From Azolla caroliniana (Eukaryota > Plantae > Polypodiophyta): a stretch of DNA of 64,000 bases. This document shows, piece after piece, positions 47,149-60,655 of this stretch (positions are counted from its first letter, which is position 1; every line of letters starts with the position of its first letter). Position numbers and translations under genes: made by a program. The notes beneath the pieces are model-generated. The model was given only the letters and a program-made list of their open reading frames with translations. It was not told the origin of the DNA and made no database searches. Where the stretch lies: the NCBI GenBank assembly GCA_043228905.1, contig JBHGNT010000013.1, forward strand, positions 9,920,001 to 9,984,000, given 5' to 3'.

Positions 47149-50100
47149 TGTTGGGAGACAGGTCCCTCCGGATGGGAAGGGAGAAGAACAGTGTTGATGA
47201 ACAAACTCGACCGAGGCCGATAGGCCTCGGTCAAAACCGGATGAGGAGTCGCTGGCTACGGAGAGCCGGATGGTGCAGACCCGGTATGAACCGGATGAGG
47301 AGTACCCGGCTACAGAGAGCCGGATGGTGCAGACCCGGTATGAACCGGATGAGGAGTACCCGGCTTCGGAGAGCCGGATGGTGCAGACCTGGTATGAACC
47401 GGATGAGGAGTACCCGGCTTCGGAGAGCCGGATGGTGCAGACCCGGTATGAATCGGATGAGGAGTACCCGGCTTCGGAGAGCCGGATGGTGCAGACCCGG
47501 TATGAACCGGATGAGGAATACCCGGCTACGGAGAGGCGGATGGTGCAGACCCGGTATGAACCAGATGAAGAGACATATTCGTAAATATGTTTTTGAGAGT
47601 CCATCGAGGCTATATTTGTAAATAGCCGAAAAGTCATATTAGTATAAATATGACTTAGGGCAAACTTTTAGTAGTTGTTGCTGTCATTTCTTGTTGGTGC
47701 AAGAAAAGAGAGAGTGCATAACTGTACAAAGAGTGAGAGAGAGAAAGAGGTCGCTGCCTCTGTTGTAACCGCCGTCTGTGGCGAAGATCGTGAGCACAAG
47801 GTCGTTGCCTCCGTGAACTCACTGTTTGTACATTCCAACATAGTGATAGTTTGCAGCCTGGGGGCTGTCGTGGTTTTTCCCCTAGTTTGGGGTTTTCCAC
47901 GTAAACCTCCTGTGTATCTTCCTCTTCTTTGTGTCGTGTTTCATTTCCCATTTTCTGTGTATCATTCTAAGCTCGGTTGTGGCTGAGCATTGCGCATAAG
48001 GAGCGTTGAGCTCCCGTCAAGTGGTATCAGAGCAAAACGACACAAAAAATGGACGAATCGTTTGGCGGCATGTTCAAGCTCACCGGCTCCAACTATTCAG
48101 TGTGGAAGTCGAAGATGAGGGATATGCTCGTGGTAAAAGATCTTTGGCTGCCGGTTCAGTTTGGGGACAAGAGACCGGACAAAATCGACGCCGCGATATG
48201 GGAGGTGATGCACATGAAGACAACGGCGTACATACGGTGCTTCATCGACATGAGCCTGTACAACAACTTCAATGAAGAGAGCAAGGCTCATGAGCTCTGG
48301 GAGAAGATCGGCATAATGTTTCAAAACAAAAATGCTGTTAATCAGGTTTCGGTATTCCGGAAGCTAGTAAGACTCCGATACCAAGATGGCTCCAGCATGG
48401 CGGAGCACATGAATGCCTTCCAGGGGCTGATACACCAGGCAACATCATTGGAAGTACCTCTCACCGACGAGGTACTAGCACTACTCCTGCTCGGTTCCCT
48501 CCCGGATAGCTGGGAGACGTTGGTTGTCACTCTGGGCAACGCTGGGCCGGAAGGAAAACGACTATCCCTAGCAAGAGTGAAGTCGAGCTTGCTGGATGAG
48601 GAGGCGCGTCGGAAAGATAAGGATACGAGCTCCGACTCCAAAGCGCTCCTTACCGAATCGGAACGCGGAAGACATAGAAATCGTAGTCCCCAGAACCGGG
48701 AGAAGTCGGGGACACGGTCAAAGTCAAGGGGGAGGCCCACTTGCTTCTATTGCGGCAAGCCGGGACACTTCCAAAAGAACTTTCGGCATTTCCGAAAAGA
48801 TAAGGAGACCGACGGTACCGATTCGAAGCGGACCCCGGACTGGAATGGTAAAGACCGGAGGGGGCCGGACCGGAAGGGAACGACGGCAATCGCGGCAAGT
48901 GAAGAGGAGTTGATACTCATCACCGAGGAGAGTGAGATAAACCTTGCCGGCGACGAGATGACCTGGGTGGTAGACTCTGGAGCGTCGTTCCACCTTACCT
49001 CGGACTGGAAATGCTTCTCATCTTACTCAGCCGGTGATCACGGCTGTGTCCGGATGGGGAATGAAGGTACATGCCGAATTGTCGGCATAGGAGACGTGTG
49101 GCTGTCGACACCAACCGGATGCAAGTTGCTGCTGAAGGATGTCCGACACGTTCCGGAGGTTCGTCTGAACCTTATATCAGCCGGTCGGCTAGATGATGAA
49201 GGCTACATGGGTAGCATCCGGAACGGTGTCATGAAGTTCAGCAAAGGGAGCCTGATTGTGACTCGGGCCCGGAAGGTAAACACATTGTACCTGATGAATG
49301 CTCGGTTATGTTCGGAAGAAGTGAACGTGGCATTCGACACTGTCGGTGAGCTGTGGCACAAGAGGCTGTGTCACATGAGCGAGAAGGGGATGAAGAGGCT
49401 TGCAGACGACAACCTCATTCTAGTGAAGAACGTGCACTTGGAGAAGTGCACTGATTGTCTGGCCGGTAAGCAAAACCGGACCTCCTTCCGACCAAGGCCA
49501 TTGATGAGACGTAATGCACCACTGGAGTTGGTGCATACGGATGTGTGTCAGGTAGACACAAAGTCACATGCCGGAGCGTAGTACTTCGTGACGTTCATAG
49601 ATGACCACAGCCGGAAGCTGTGGGCCACACCGTTGAAGACGAAGGATCAGGTGCTATCCGTCTTCAAAGAGCTCCACGCGAGAGTGGAAAGAGAAACCGG
49701 CAGGAAGCTGAAGGCGGTTCGAGCAGATAACGGAGGAGAATACCGGGGGCAATTCGAGGAGTACTGCCGCTCGAAGGGAATCCGGCTCGAATTTACCGTG
49801 CCGAAGACGCCGGAACTAAACGGGCTGGCCGAGAGGATGAACCGGACCATAATGGAGAGGGTCCGGAGTATGCTAGCACATGCAAAACTACCCAAGAAGT
49901 TTTGGGCTGAGGCATTGTCGACGGCGACATACGTGATAAACAGATCACCCTCAATACCCTTGGACGGAGACACGCCACAGAGAGTTTGGACCGGTAAGGA
50001 AGTGTCCTACCGGCATCTGAAGGTGTTCGGGTGTCTCGCGTACGTGCATGTAGCTAAGGACCGGAGAGGAAAGTTAGATCCAAAGACCCGGCCATGCATA

Positions 50101-50260
50101 TTCCTCGGTTACGTCGACGATGAGTTCGGCTACCGAGTGTGGGATCCGGTCGACAAGAAGGTATTCCGGAGTCGAGATATTATCTTCATGGAGAACAAGA
50201 CGCTCGCCGACTGGGAGTCAGAGAAGAAGATAATGAACTTCGAGTCGACCGGTAAGGAGA
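47149..50260 (+). mobile_element. Ty1/copia element B (related subfamily): 5' LTR + gag-PR-INT, 3' part lost
   Basis: LTR 47149-48019, PBS-Met 48022-48033, ORF from 48049; no second B-type LTR or matching TSD found. Confidence 0.88.
47237..47570 (+). repeat. 54-bp tandem array (~6 copies) in copia B LTR U3
   Basis: Unit ACCGGATGAGGAGTACCCGGCT(A/T)CGGAGAGCCGGATGGTGCAGACCCGGTATGA; gives an 18-aa periodicity in all frames. Confidence 0.9.
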
Positions 50261-50265
50261 TATGA
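48049..50265 (+). pseudogene. copia B gag-protease-integrase polyprotein (one in-frame TAG at 49579-49581, truncated)
   Basis: WVVDSGASFH, LWHKRLCH, LVHTDVC, RADNGGEY, NGLAERMNRT, KLDPK...CIFLGY. Confidence 0.9.
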
Positions 50266-50656
50266 AATGTAGTTAACTTAAAGAAAATCACAATTATGGT
50301 CAACTCAAGGCACAAGTTAAGATTAATGGTTTCACCATCTTGAGAAGATTAAGGTTACATCTATTGTTAGACTTGAAAATGTTTTAAGTATAAAAGGTAA
50401 TATTGCAATCCTTAATGTCATCATCTATAAATTAGTGCTCATTAACATCCATAAATTCACAACTCAAGAAATGTAGATAATATTCATAAACAATTTTGAT
50501 AAATCCACAACTCCTAAAATGTAGACGATATTCATAAATTGTCAAACTTTAGATGTGAACATTAATATATCAATTTGAACATAACACATAGTTATCAAGG
50601 TATCTACAATGTTATAATCTCCTTCCTTATAAGAATTCCCCTTCAAAATTTGTGAA

Positions 50657-52707
50657 GTAAATGACATTTGCAAAGTTCAATTACCATCAACACAATTATT
50701 AATGGTTTTCTTCTAATAAATGAAGCACATATTTACCATAAGGTATCTTGTTGTGCAACATACATCTTTAAAAAACCTCTTTTATTTGAAAAACAACAAG
50801 AGTTTTAAACATGAACACGATATGTTGTATTGAATTGACGTAAAAAATAGAGTTTTCATCATAACTCTATACAATATATTGAATTCATGTTCAAAGTTTT
50901 TTTTACCGGATTTAAATAATAATAATAATAATAATAAATTAAGCTTGAGTTCATAGAAAAACTAGATTTTTCATCACAATTCAATACAATGTATCGAATT
51001 CATGTTTAAAGTAATTTTTTCTAATTTTTAAAAAAACATTTTCAATTTGTTTCAATTTTTTTTATTTTTTTCAAATTTCTTTTGTTTTTTTCAATTTCTT
51101 TTATTTATTTTTATTTTTTATGGAAAAAATAATAATTTTAAACATGAACTCAATACATTGTATCGACTTGTGATAAAAACTCTGGTTTTTTCATCACTTA
51201 TTAAAGCTCAAAAACAAAATTCTAAGACAAAGACGAAATTAGTACTAAGAGAGAAATATTAGTACTAAGAAGAATTTAAGGTGTAGAACACTTGAGAAAA
51301 GAAGAGAGAGAGAGAGAGAGAGGGACTGAGAGGGAATGATGATGACAGTGATATACTGTGTGACAAGAATATACAAGGAACGCTCGATATAGTAAAAATG
51401 AAAATAATAGTTTATATATTACAATGTATGGTCTAATGGTGAAGAGCTCGACCCATGTAGCATAAGGTCATGGGTTCGAGTCCTACCATATTAGGACATG
51501 AGTTAATCTAACTCTTTTACATGAACTCGATACGGTGTATGTTTAAAGTTTTATTTCGCATTTTTTTTTTAAAATAATTACATTTTTTCCTATTTTATTT
51601 TAGTGTTTTGTTTTTTTTCTAAAAAATGAGTAAGCTTTAATAAGTGATGAAAATAATACTTTATGTCTTACAATGTGTGGTCTAATGGTCAAGAGGTTGA
51701 CTTGTGTACCATAAGGTCATGGGTTCAAGTCTTACCATATCATGACATGAACTAAGCTAACCTTTTTACATGAACTCGATACAGCGTATCGAGTTCATTT
51801 TGAAAAGCTAACTTTTTTACATGAACTCGATACGGCGTATCGAGTTCATGTTTAAAGTTTTATTTCGGATTTTTTTTTTTTAAATAATTACATTTTTTCC
51901 TATTTTATTTTGGTGTTTTGTTTTTTTTCTAAAAAAAAATTCAGCTTTAATAAGTGATAAAAATAATATTTTATTACAATGTGTGGTCTAATGGTCAAGA
52001 GCTTGACCCATGTAGCATAAGGTCATGGGTTTGAGTCCTATTATATCATGACATGAGAAGTTTAAATTTGGATTTTAAAAAAAAAATAATTACATTTTTT
52101 TCTATTTTATTTTGGTATTTTGTTTTTTTTTCTAAAACAAAATTAAGCTTTAATAAGTGATGAAAAAACCAGAGCTTTTATCACAAGTCGATACAATGTA
52201 TCAAATTGATGTTTAAAAAATAAAACAAAATCAATAAAAAATTATAAAAAATTGAAACAAAATTGAAAACAATTAGAAAAAATTACTTTAAGCATGAACT
52301 CAATACATTATATCGAATTGTGATGAAAATTATGGTTTTCTAGATGAACTCAAGCACAATTTATTATTATTATTATTATTATTTAAATCCAGTAAAAAAA
52401 ACTTTGAGCAAGAATTCAATACATTGTATGGAATTATGATGAAAACTCTATTTTTTACATCAACTCGATACAACATATCGACTTAATGTTTAAAATCTTG
52501 TTGTTTTTCAAATAAAAGAGGGTTTTTAAACATGAACTTGAATCGTACTAAAATGTTTGTTTTAACAAGAGAAAAAGATGCATATCGATAGTGCAAACAA
52601 GTATGTTGTACAACAAGATACTTTATGGTGAACATGTGCATCATTGATTAACAAAAAACTATTAATAATTGTGTTGATGGTAATTGAACCTTGCAAATGC
52701 CATTTAC
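50657..52707. repeat. Foldback-like structure: ~550-bp inverted arms (50657-51208 / 52146-52707) enclosing tandem Tcn1-LTR-derived units
   Basis: GTAAATGACATTTGCAAAGTTCAATTACCATCAACACAATTATTAAT versus its reverse complement ending at 52707; similarity continues inward to TCATCACTTATTAAAGCT / AGCTTTAATAAGTGATGA. Confidence 0.85.
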
Positions 52708-53577
52708 ATGGTTCATAAAGTGTTCGTGTGGTTGTTAATCACTACTTAATGTTAATCTTTATAGTTGGAACGAAGCATGACAACACAAGCATAACTAAGA
52801 TGACAAGGAAACTTGCAAGAACTCAAGATGGGGATATTAATAGCTACACATGTAGATGGCCATGACCTAGGGTACCAATTCTGCATTGGTAAAGTTTTGG
52901 ACGTGATGATGTATTAAACGTTTGTAATACATCTATCATTGACATTAATGAGGTGGATATCATTATGTATGACTTTACACAAACAAAAGTTGGATGTATA
53001 AGGACAACAACGATATGCATAATAAAAGAGATATTAGCAAGTCTAGAAGATATCTCAGATTGAAGGCGAAGAAGATTTATTGCACAAAATTTGGAGATAC
53101 CATTTGGTGAGACAATGATTTGATTGGTACATTGAAAGATGAGGAAGAGTCACAATTGTATATTATCTATAGTAGTGATTCTCATGAAAAGAATGATGAT
53201 AGTCATGCAAATAACCCCCAAATGTATTTGTTGTGCAACTATATGTAACAAATTTAGACAACATTTTATCAAATGGAATAAAAACGTTCATTGTTTTGAA
53301 ATATTCTACTTTGATTTCTTTAAGATCTAAAAACTTATTAGTTGTCATTTTTCTTTAAAAATCTACAAAGTTACTTTTCATATTTTACCCAAATTTGGCA
53401 TTTTTCAATTTTACCAAATGGTGAAATTTTCAACTTTTTCATCAAGTTTTGGAGAACATGTGATACTAGTATCAAGATGTTTTGTGAAATGGCAAAAAAA
53501 CCCCCAAAATCAAACGGAATATTCCTTATCCTTCCACTTGTGCACGATCCTTCCACTTGTGAACGCAAACGTGTTGT

Positions 53578-55042
53578 ATGCTGGCGCATGCAAAACTACC
53601 CAAGAAGTTTTGGGCTGAGGCACTGTCAACAGCGACATATGTGATAAACAGATCACCCTCAGTACCCTTGGACGGAGACATGCCGCAGAGAGTATGGACC
53701 GGTAAGGAAGTGTCCTACCGGCATCTGAAGGTGTTCGGATGTCTTGTGTATGTGCATGTAGTTAAGGATATTTTCCCCGGTAGTAAAGATGACCTCCATC
53801 CGGACGGTGCTGAGTATAGCAGCAAGCATGGACCTCGAGGTAGAGCAGCTGGACGTGAAGACAGATTTCCTTCACGGTGACCTCGAAGAGGAGATCTACA
53901 TGCAGCAACCGGACGGATTCGTGGAGAAAGGGAAGGAGCACCTGGTATGCCGGTTGAAGAAGAGCTTGTACGGACTGAAGCAGGCTCCCCGACAATGGTA
54001 CCGGAAGTTCGACTCCTTCATGACCGATCAAGGGTACCACAAGACACAGGCTGATCACTGCGTGTTTGTGAAGAAGTTCGAAGGAGGCGACTTCCTGATA
54101 CTCCTTCTGTACGTGGACGACATGCTGAAGAAGGCTCTCAATCGGACCTTCCCAATGAAAGACTTGGGTCTAGCAAGATAGATGCTGGGGATGCATATCA
54201 TCTGGAACCGGCCAACGAAGCAATTGTGGCTATCACAGGAGAAGTACGTGACAAAGGTGCTTCAGCGGTTCAACATGTCAGATGCGAAACCGGTCGGATC
54301 GACACTTCTGGCAAACTGCAGGTTATTCGGTAAGCAAAGCCCGAAGACGAAAGCAGAGAAGGCGGATATGATGAAGGTTCCATATGCCTCTGCCGTTGGG
54401 AGCTTAATGTACGCAATGGTGTGTACCCGACTGGATATAGGATACGCAGTCGGAGTGGTGAGCCGGTTAATGAGCAATCCCGGCAAGGAGCACTAGAATG
54501 CTGTCAAATGGATACTCCGTTACTTGAAGGGCACTTCAAATATGTGTCTCCGATTCGGCTCCGGAAAACCTCAACTTGACGGTTTTACCGATTCGGACAT
54601 GTCGGCTGATGTGGATGCCAGCCGGTCTACATCCGGGTATGTAATGACATATGCAGGGGGAGCTGTTTCATGGTTGCAGAAGACGGTTGCGCTGTCAACC
54701 ACGGAGGCGGAGTACATGGCGGCTCTGGAAGCCGGTAAGGAAATATTATGGATGAAGGACTTCATCGGAGAGCTCGGTATCCGACAAGATGAATACCGGC
54801 TCTATTGCGACAGTCAAAGTGCCATCCACCTTGCTAAGAATGCGGCCTACCATTCTCGGATGAAGCATATCCAGCGAAGGTATCACTGGATCCGGGAAAG
54901 AGTAGATGACCAGGAGTTCGCGCTGACGAAGATCCACACGGTCGAGAACGGGTCAGATATGTTGACCAAAGTACTGATACCCGACAAGCTGGATGCATGT
55001 CGGAAGCGGATCAGACTAGTAAGACATCCCATGCCGGAGTGA
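53578..55042 (+). pseudogene. copia integrase fragment fused by deletion to RT-RNase H
   Basis: 53578-53765 duplicates 49870-50058; then IFSPVVKMTSIR, QLDVKT, LKKSLYGLKQAPRQW, LYVDDM, TDSD, STTEAEY, KHI, DMLTK. Confidence 0.9.
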
Positions 55043-55815
55043 AGGGGGAGTTTGTTAGGAAACGGGTCTCTCCGGATGGGAAGTGAGAACCGGATGACAA
55101 GTACCCGGCAATGGAAGACCCGGTGAGAACCGGATGTGGTGTACCCGGCAGGCGCCGAATGACGAGTACCCGGCTACGGAGGACCCGGTGAGAACCAGAT
55201 GACGAGTACCCGGCAAGAGCTGGATGGTGAAGACCCGGTGAGAACGGGATGTGGAGTACCTGACAATGGAAGACCCGGTGAGAACCGGATGAAGTGTGCC
55301 CAACAAGAGCCGGATGATGCAGGCCCGGTGAGGAGTGCTCATCGGATGACGGGACATATTCGTAAATATGTTTTCTGAGAGTCCATCGGGGCTATATTTG
55401 TAAATAGCCAAAAAGTCATATTAGTATAAATATGACTTAGGGAAAACTTAGATGTGTGGTTGTTATTGTTGCCATCTCTTGTTGGTGCAAGATTTGAGCC
55501 CGTAACTGTGTACAGAGAGAGAGAGAGAGTGAGAGAGAAAGAGGTCGTTGCCTCTATTGTAACCGCCTCCTCTGGCGAAGATCGTGAGCGCAAGGTCGTT
55601 GCCTCCGTGAGCTCACTGTTGTAATCATTGTGATATAGTGATAGTTTGGAGTGTGTGGACTCCCGTGGTTTTTCCCTCTCAGGGTTTTCCACGTTAAACA
55701 TACTGTGTACTCTTCTCTCCTTTTGTGTCGTGTCTATTCATTCCCCGTTTTCTATGTTTGATTCTAAGCTCGGTTGTGGCCGAGCGGTGTTCAATGGAGC
55801 GTTTAGTTCCTGTCA

Positions 55816-58099
55816 TAAACTTGGTGACACTGTAGATCATTCCCAAAGCCTCCCTTTCTGTCGTGGAATAATTACGTTCCGCTTGGGACAACTTCCGGCT
55901 GGCATAATAGACTGGCCGGTACCATTTCGGTTCTGTCAGTTGCATTAGTGCGCTCCCGATTGCAATGTCAGACGCGTCAACGAACACATGGAACTCTTTG
56001 GACCAATCCGGAGGTGCACCACCAGGGCTTGTGACAACAATACTTTTAGTGCTCGGCAAGCCTAGTCTTTTGTGTCTGTCCATCGGAACGGTGTCCGATG
56101 TACTGCGACATCCAATGGTGTAGCCATGTCTACTAGATATAGGAGCATTCGGCTATGCCACCGAATTTGTCCTAAGAACCGGCTTAGTGCCTTTGTCGTG
56201 GCTGGTGCCGGTGCCTCCAGGATTGCTTTTACTTTGTCCGGATCCACTGCGATACCCTCCTTGCTAACGATGTGGCCCAGTAACGCTCCGTTGGTTACTC
56301 CGAACACGCATTTTGTTGGGTTCAGGCTTAGTCGGTAAACCCTACATTTTTCTAGGCATAGTCGGAGTTGCTGAAGGTGATCCCCTTCCTGGCTATAAAC
56401 ACCGAAGTCATCCAAAAACACCTGCATGAATGCCGGAATGAATTCCCCGAAAATTTCCATGATGATTCGTTGGAAGGTTGCTGGTGCCGTTTTTAGTCCA
56501 ACCATCATCACTACGGCAACAAAGACTCCCCATTCGGTGACAAAAGCGGTTTTCTCCTAGTCGGCGGGGTGCATTCGGATCTAATTATAGCCGCTGAAAC
56601 CATCCAGAAAATTGTACACCTTATGACTAGCGACCGCATCTAGGACTCCATCCATGAATGAAAGTGGGAAGGCATCCGTTACCGTAGCCGCATTCAATTT
56701 CCGGTAGTCGACGCACACTCTGATCTTACCGTTCTTTTTGGGTACTACCACTATTGGGCTGAGCCATGTGGCTTTCTTTACTGGTCGGATGAAGCCCACT
56801 CTCAGCAACTTGTCGATTTCTTCTTTGACCTTTGTTGCGTAATTCGGGTTCATCCAGTAATGTCGTTGCGCTACCGGTTTGGCGTCTTTGCTCAGATGTA
56901 TCTGGTGTTGATATAACTGAGGATCGAGTCCCGGCATGTCCTCGTAGGACCATGCGAACACATCGCGAAATTCTTTTAGGAGTGTGATCATTGCCATTTT
57001 GTTCTCCGAAGTCATTTCCTTGGCGATGTGCACCGGTCTTGTGTCCTCTGTGGTACCTAGGTTTACCTGTTCTAGTTGGGATGCTTTCACGCGCTGTGAT
57101 ATTGCCATTTCTTTTTCCAGTGCCTCTTGTGCTTGCCGTAATTCCCGGATTGCCTCTTTATCCGGTTCTTCGTTGGTCCTGTCTGGTTGCAATACATACG
57201 GTGATACTGCTTCGGCTACATCAATCTCGAACAGAGGTACGATCTTCAGATTTTCCTGTAAGTATTGATCGACCTCTTCGTCCGCCAATCCTTCCAGCAT
57301 GTTAACACGTTCCGCATATAGCGGCGTTGATTCCTTGTCGGTACCGGATCGTGGTTGAGTCGGTACTCGTACTTTTGCTTTTCCTCGCCGGAATGTAATT
57401 ATGTTCTTCCTCCAGTTTTGCTTTATGTGTGCCATTTTTAACCAGGGCCGTCCCAACAATAGTGGGTAATCTCCCTGAGCTTGTAGCTGGAGAACTACTG
57501 CGGAAATGCGAAATGTGTGACCCCCGATGGTCACTTCCAGATCGTGTATTAATTCGGTCGGCCGTACTGAGCTAGTGTCCGCCATCCGAAGCCAAAACGG
57601 ACACGGTTCCCAGTCTTGGATTCCTAGCGTGTTACACGTTCAGAGGCTGATCACGTTCACGCCAGATCCTCCATTGATAATCATGTTGGGTAGCTCTTTT
57701 CCCTTCACGATGGCTGTGATTGCTTGTGTCCACCACTACCGGTCCTTGCTCCGGATTTGAAAAGAATGCCGGAGCCATTGGTGTGTCTGCTGCCATCCTT
57801 CCGGTCTTCAATCCTTCCGTGAACTGTGGTACCAGTTGCAATAACCGGCCTAACGGCAACGTTATTTGGCATTCTTGTAACGCCTGCCAGGTTGGGTTTT
57901 CGGGTTGCCCCGGGCCGGTGAGCTCTTTGGCATTCTCCTTTTGTTGTTCGAGCTCAGCCACATTCCGTTCATTTGCCTTCTTCACCCATTCGGTTGCCTG
58001 CTTCCAGATGGCTTCTTGAGTTTCCCACTTCGTGGCTTTGCCTTTTGATCTTGTAGTGACCTGTTGTATGTCCGCGACTTCCGCGTCTACCATGTTCAC
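55816..58099 (-). pseudogene. Athila-like pol 5' part: protease, RT, RNase H start
   Basis: MIINGGSGVNVI (protease), LLLGRPWL, WLSPIVVVPKKNGKIRVCVDYRKLN, VFLDDF, YYASRKL, NYSTTEREAL. Confidence 0.9.
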
Positions 58100-59905
58100 C
58101 GTTGGTCGTTTGTCGTAGCTCTTCGCTGGACATTGATTACTATAGTGACCCTCTTGCCGGCAATAATAGCAGTACGGCTTCCTGGCATTGTTGGATTCAG
58201 CGTGTGTGCTTGGTGGCAGACCAGGGGCAAGTGCCTGGTTTTGGTCGGGTTGGCTGCTCGGAGCGCCCTTTTCTGGTTCTCGTGGATGACCCCCCTTTTT
58301 GTTGAAATGACGTTTCTTATTGAAATTCTTTTCGGTGCGGTATCCTTGCCGGGGCTGGTCTTCATCCTTGCCATAGTCGTCCTGTCGGTGGTTGTAACCA
58401 GGGGAGTGATCCCAGTTATATCTTTCATACCGTCCATTATAGTCCCGGTATCTATCCTGTCTATCATACCGGTCATACGCGTCTCTTCGGTCGCTATACC
58501 GGACATCTTTTGCCGACCGGTAGCGCTCCTCTCACCGCTAGCATTCTTCTTCTTCCTCCTGGTTGCTCCGTGGTTCAATTTGCCAGACCGGTGGTGCTTG
58601 TCGATTTAACAAGTTATACTCACACCGTTCCACTGTGTGACTTCTGGAGTGGCAGAGCAAGCATTGGGAATGCATGGTGCATTCCAGCGCCGAATGTTTG
58701 GCATTCAGGCATACCATACATTGAACTGCTTGTCGGAAACAGAGGTCCTCTTCCGTCAGTAGCGTACGCTACAGTGCGCCCATGGTTAGCCATGAACTCG
58801 AGTTTTCCATTTCCCGAACTCGGTCAATCACTTGATCTATGCTGCTGGTGCGGAAATCGATGACGGTGCACACCGTCCATAAGGGTTCCTGGAGTGCTGC
58901 TAAGAATATGGCCTTTGTTTCTTCCTCCGGTAGTGTCTAGCTGAGCTGACTGTGTATCCACTGGAACCGGATGACAAACTGTTGGATGTTCTCGGTTAGT
59001 TCCTGCCGGATACTGTAAAATAACCTGACCATTTCCCGCTGGTCCATCTCCTTGTGGAAGAAATGCAAGAATTTTGTCTTTAATGTTTCAAACGTGGGGA
59101 TGGTGCTGGGATCTTGTGTTCGGTGCCATCTGGCGGCCGGTCCCTCCAAGGTCATGCCGAACTCTGCCCGTTTTGAGCGTTCCTCTTCGGCTGCATTTAA
59201 GCGTTGGGACACATGGTTCGCTTCCCAGGTCAGCTGAAACGCATGGACATGGGCTTCCGCGTCCGGATCATCTCAGTATCTGGGATATTGGAACGACATA
59301 TCGTCGTCCGGTGTCGATACACGGGTTGGTGGTGTCGGTGGTCGTTCCTCCTCTGGTGGTGTCAGAGGTTTTCCCCGGTCTTCTATCGCCGTCAGAGGTC
59401 TTTCCTACTCCTCTTGTGGTGTCGGAGGCTTCTCCTCCTCGACTTCCGGTGTCGGAGGTCTCTCGTCGTCGACTTCTGGTTCCGGAGTGTGGTCGACTTC
59501 TGGTACCGGAGTTTCCACCCTTGTCGATTCGGGTTCTGGTGTGGGCAAAGTATCTGACTCCTTGTCCTCTGGTCCGCCTCGGGTGTCGTTACTGCTGCGG
59601 TAGTTCGTCTGTGCGTTGTATTCCCCGTCCGAACCTGATTCAAATGCCGAAAATGCTTCGGATTCGCCTTCTCCCGCTACCAATGCCTGGAGAAGGGATT
59701 CTGCTTCCTGGAGGCTGCTGCCTTCGTCTGGGTAGGCGTTTTGTGGTAGCCGAAGTGATTCCTTGGCCACTCTCCAGATCACTTTCGAAAATGAGCGATC
59801 CGCTCTGATTTCTTTTGCCGCTTGCTGGAAAGCCTCTCGCTTCCTCAGCCGTTCAGCAAGTCACCTTGCTCGCTCCGTAACCGGGTTGTTCGTTGGTCGC
59901 ATCAT
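58096..59905 (-). pseudogene. Athila-like gag (frameshifted)
   Basis: FGMTLEGPAARWH, IRQELTENIQQF, C-terminal zinc knuckle near 58120-58175; begins just after the PBS. Confidence 0.75.
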
Positions 59906-60624
59906 CCATTCCCACCGCTGTTCGCTGCGATTGTGCAGGAATCGTGGTCGCCAAAAACTGTGTTAATCCTTAGGGCCGGACAATGGCCTAACACAGGGTG
60001 TCTCCGGAAGACACTTCACCAAAGAGTGTTACGACGAGATAACTTAAGACACAACGATTGCTTCGACTTAATTAGCTACTTAGCAATAAGGCATACACTT
60101 AATACACGCGTAAGATATACCAATTAATTCAGAACAGTAATCAATACATGAAGATAAAACAAGAAGCTTATATTAATTCTCTGTTAAAGTTATACATTGT
60201 AATCGGGCCTTTATATAGGTCACCGGTGCTGCGTACAAAACGGTGCCAACCGGCACCTGTTCGGAATTGGTCCGGATCCGGATCGGCATACCGATTCCGG
60301 TCCGTCTGTTCACTACATAATTATAATCTATTCTACTTAATTAAATATATTCCGAATAACCATCCCTTTCACATTTTGGTCTCTGCTCCTTTGCCGACCG
60401 GGTAACACACCTTAGAAAAGCAGGAAGGCAAGGAACCATGGATTCATGTAGAGAAAAGGGGGTTGGATCAGTTGATGAGATATATACGCCAGATGATGAT
60501 GATGATCAGATCAGAATGAGAATCAGAGTAGAACCAGAGACAGATGAGAAAGAATTGGTGAGAGATGGAGAAGAGAGGAAGAGGGGGAGGGGGGGTGGTT
60601 TAGCCAAAAGGAAGGAATTTTTTT

Positions 60625-60655
<31 letters not shown>

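Larger units (their letters stand above)
45413..55815 (+). mobile_element. Ty1/copia element A (rearranged), TSD TAAAC
   Basis: TSD at 45408-45412 and 55816-55820; LTRs 45413-46136 and 55053-55815; PBS-Met 46140-46151; PPT GAAGGGGGAG 55041-55050. Confidence 0.92.
39680..60409 (-). mobile_element. Athila/Tat-type (non-chromovirus) Ty3/gypsy element with a large extra ORF, interrupted by copia
   Basis: LTRs 59959-60409 (TGTGTTA...TAACACA) and ~40012-40443; PBS TGGCGACCAC (tRNA-Arg-like) 59944-59953, 5 nt from the LTR; RT FLDGFSGYN, RH VDASDIAIG, INT WGLDFVG; no chromodomain. Confidence 0.88.

Noticed and set aside
47237-47570. Regular repeat array resembling CRISPR, and repeat-protein ORFs (47116-47637, 47270-47584)
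   Set aside because: Head-to-tail 54-bp units without unique spacers, inside a copia LTR; eukaryotic context; the ORFs are by-products of a stop-free repeat.
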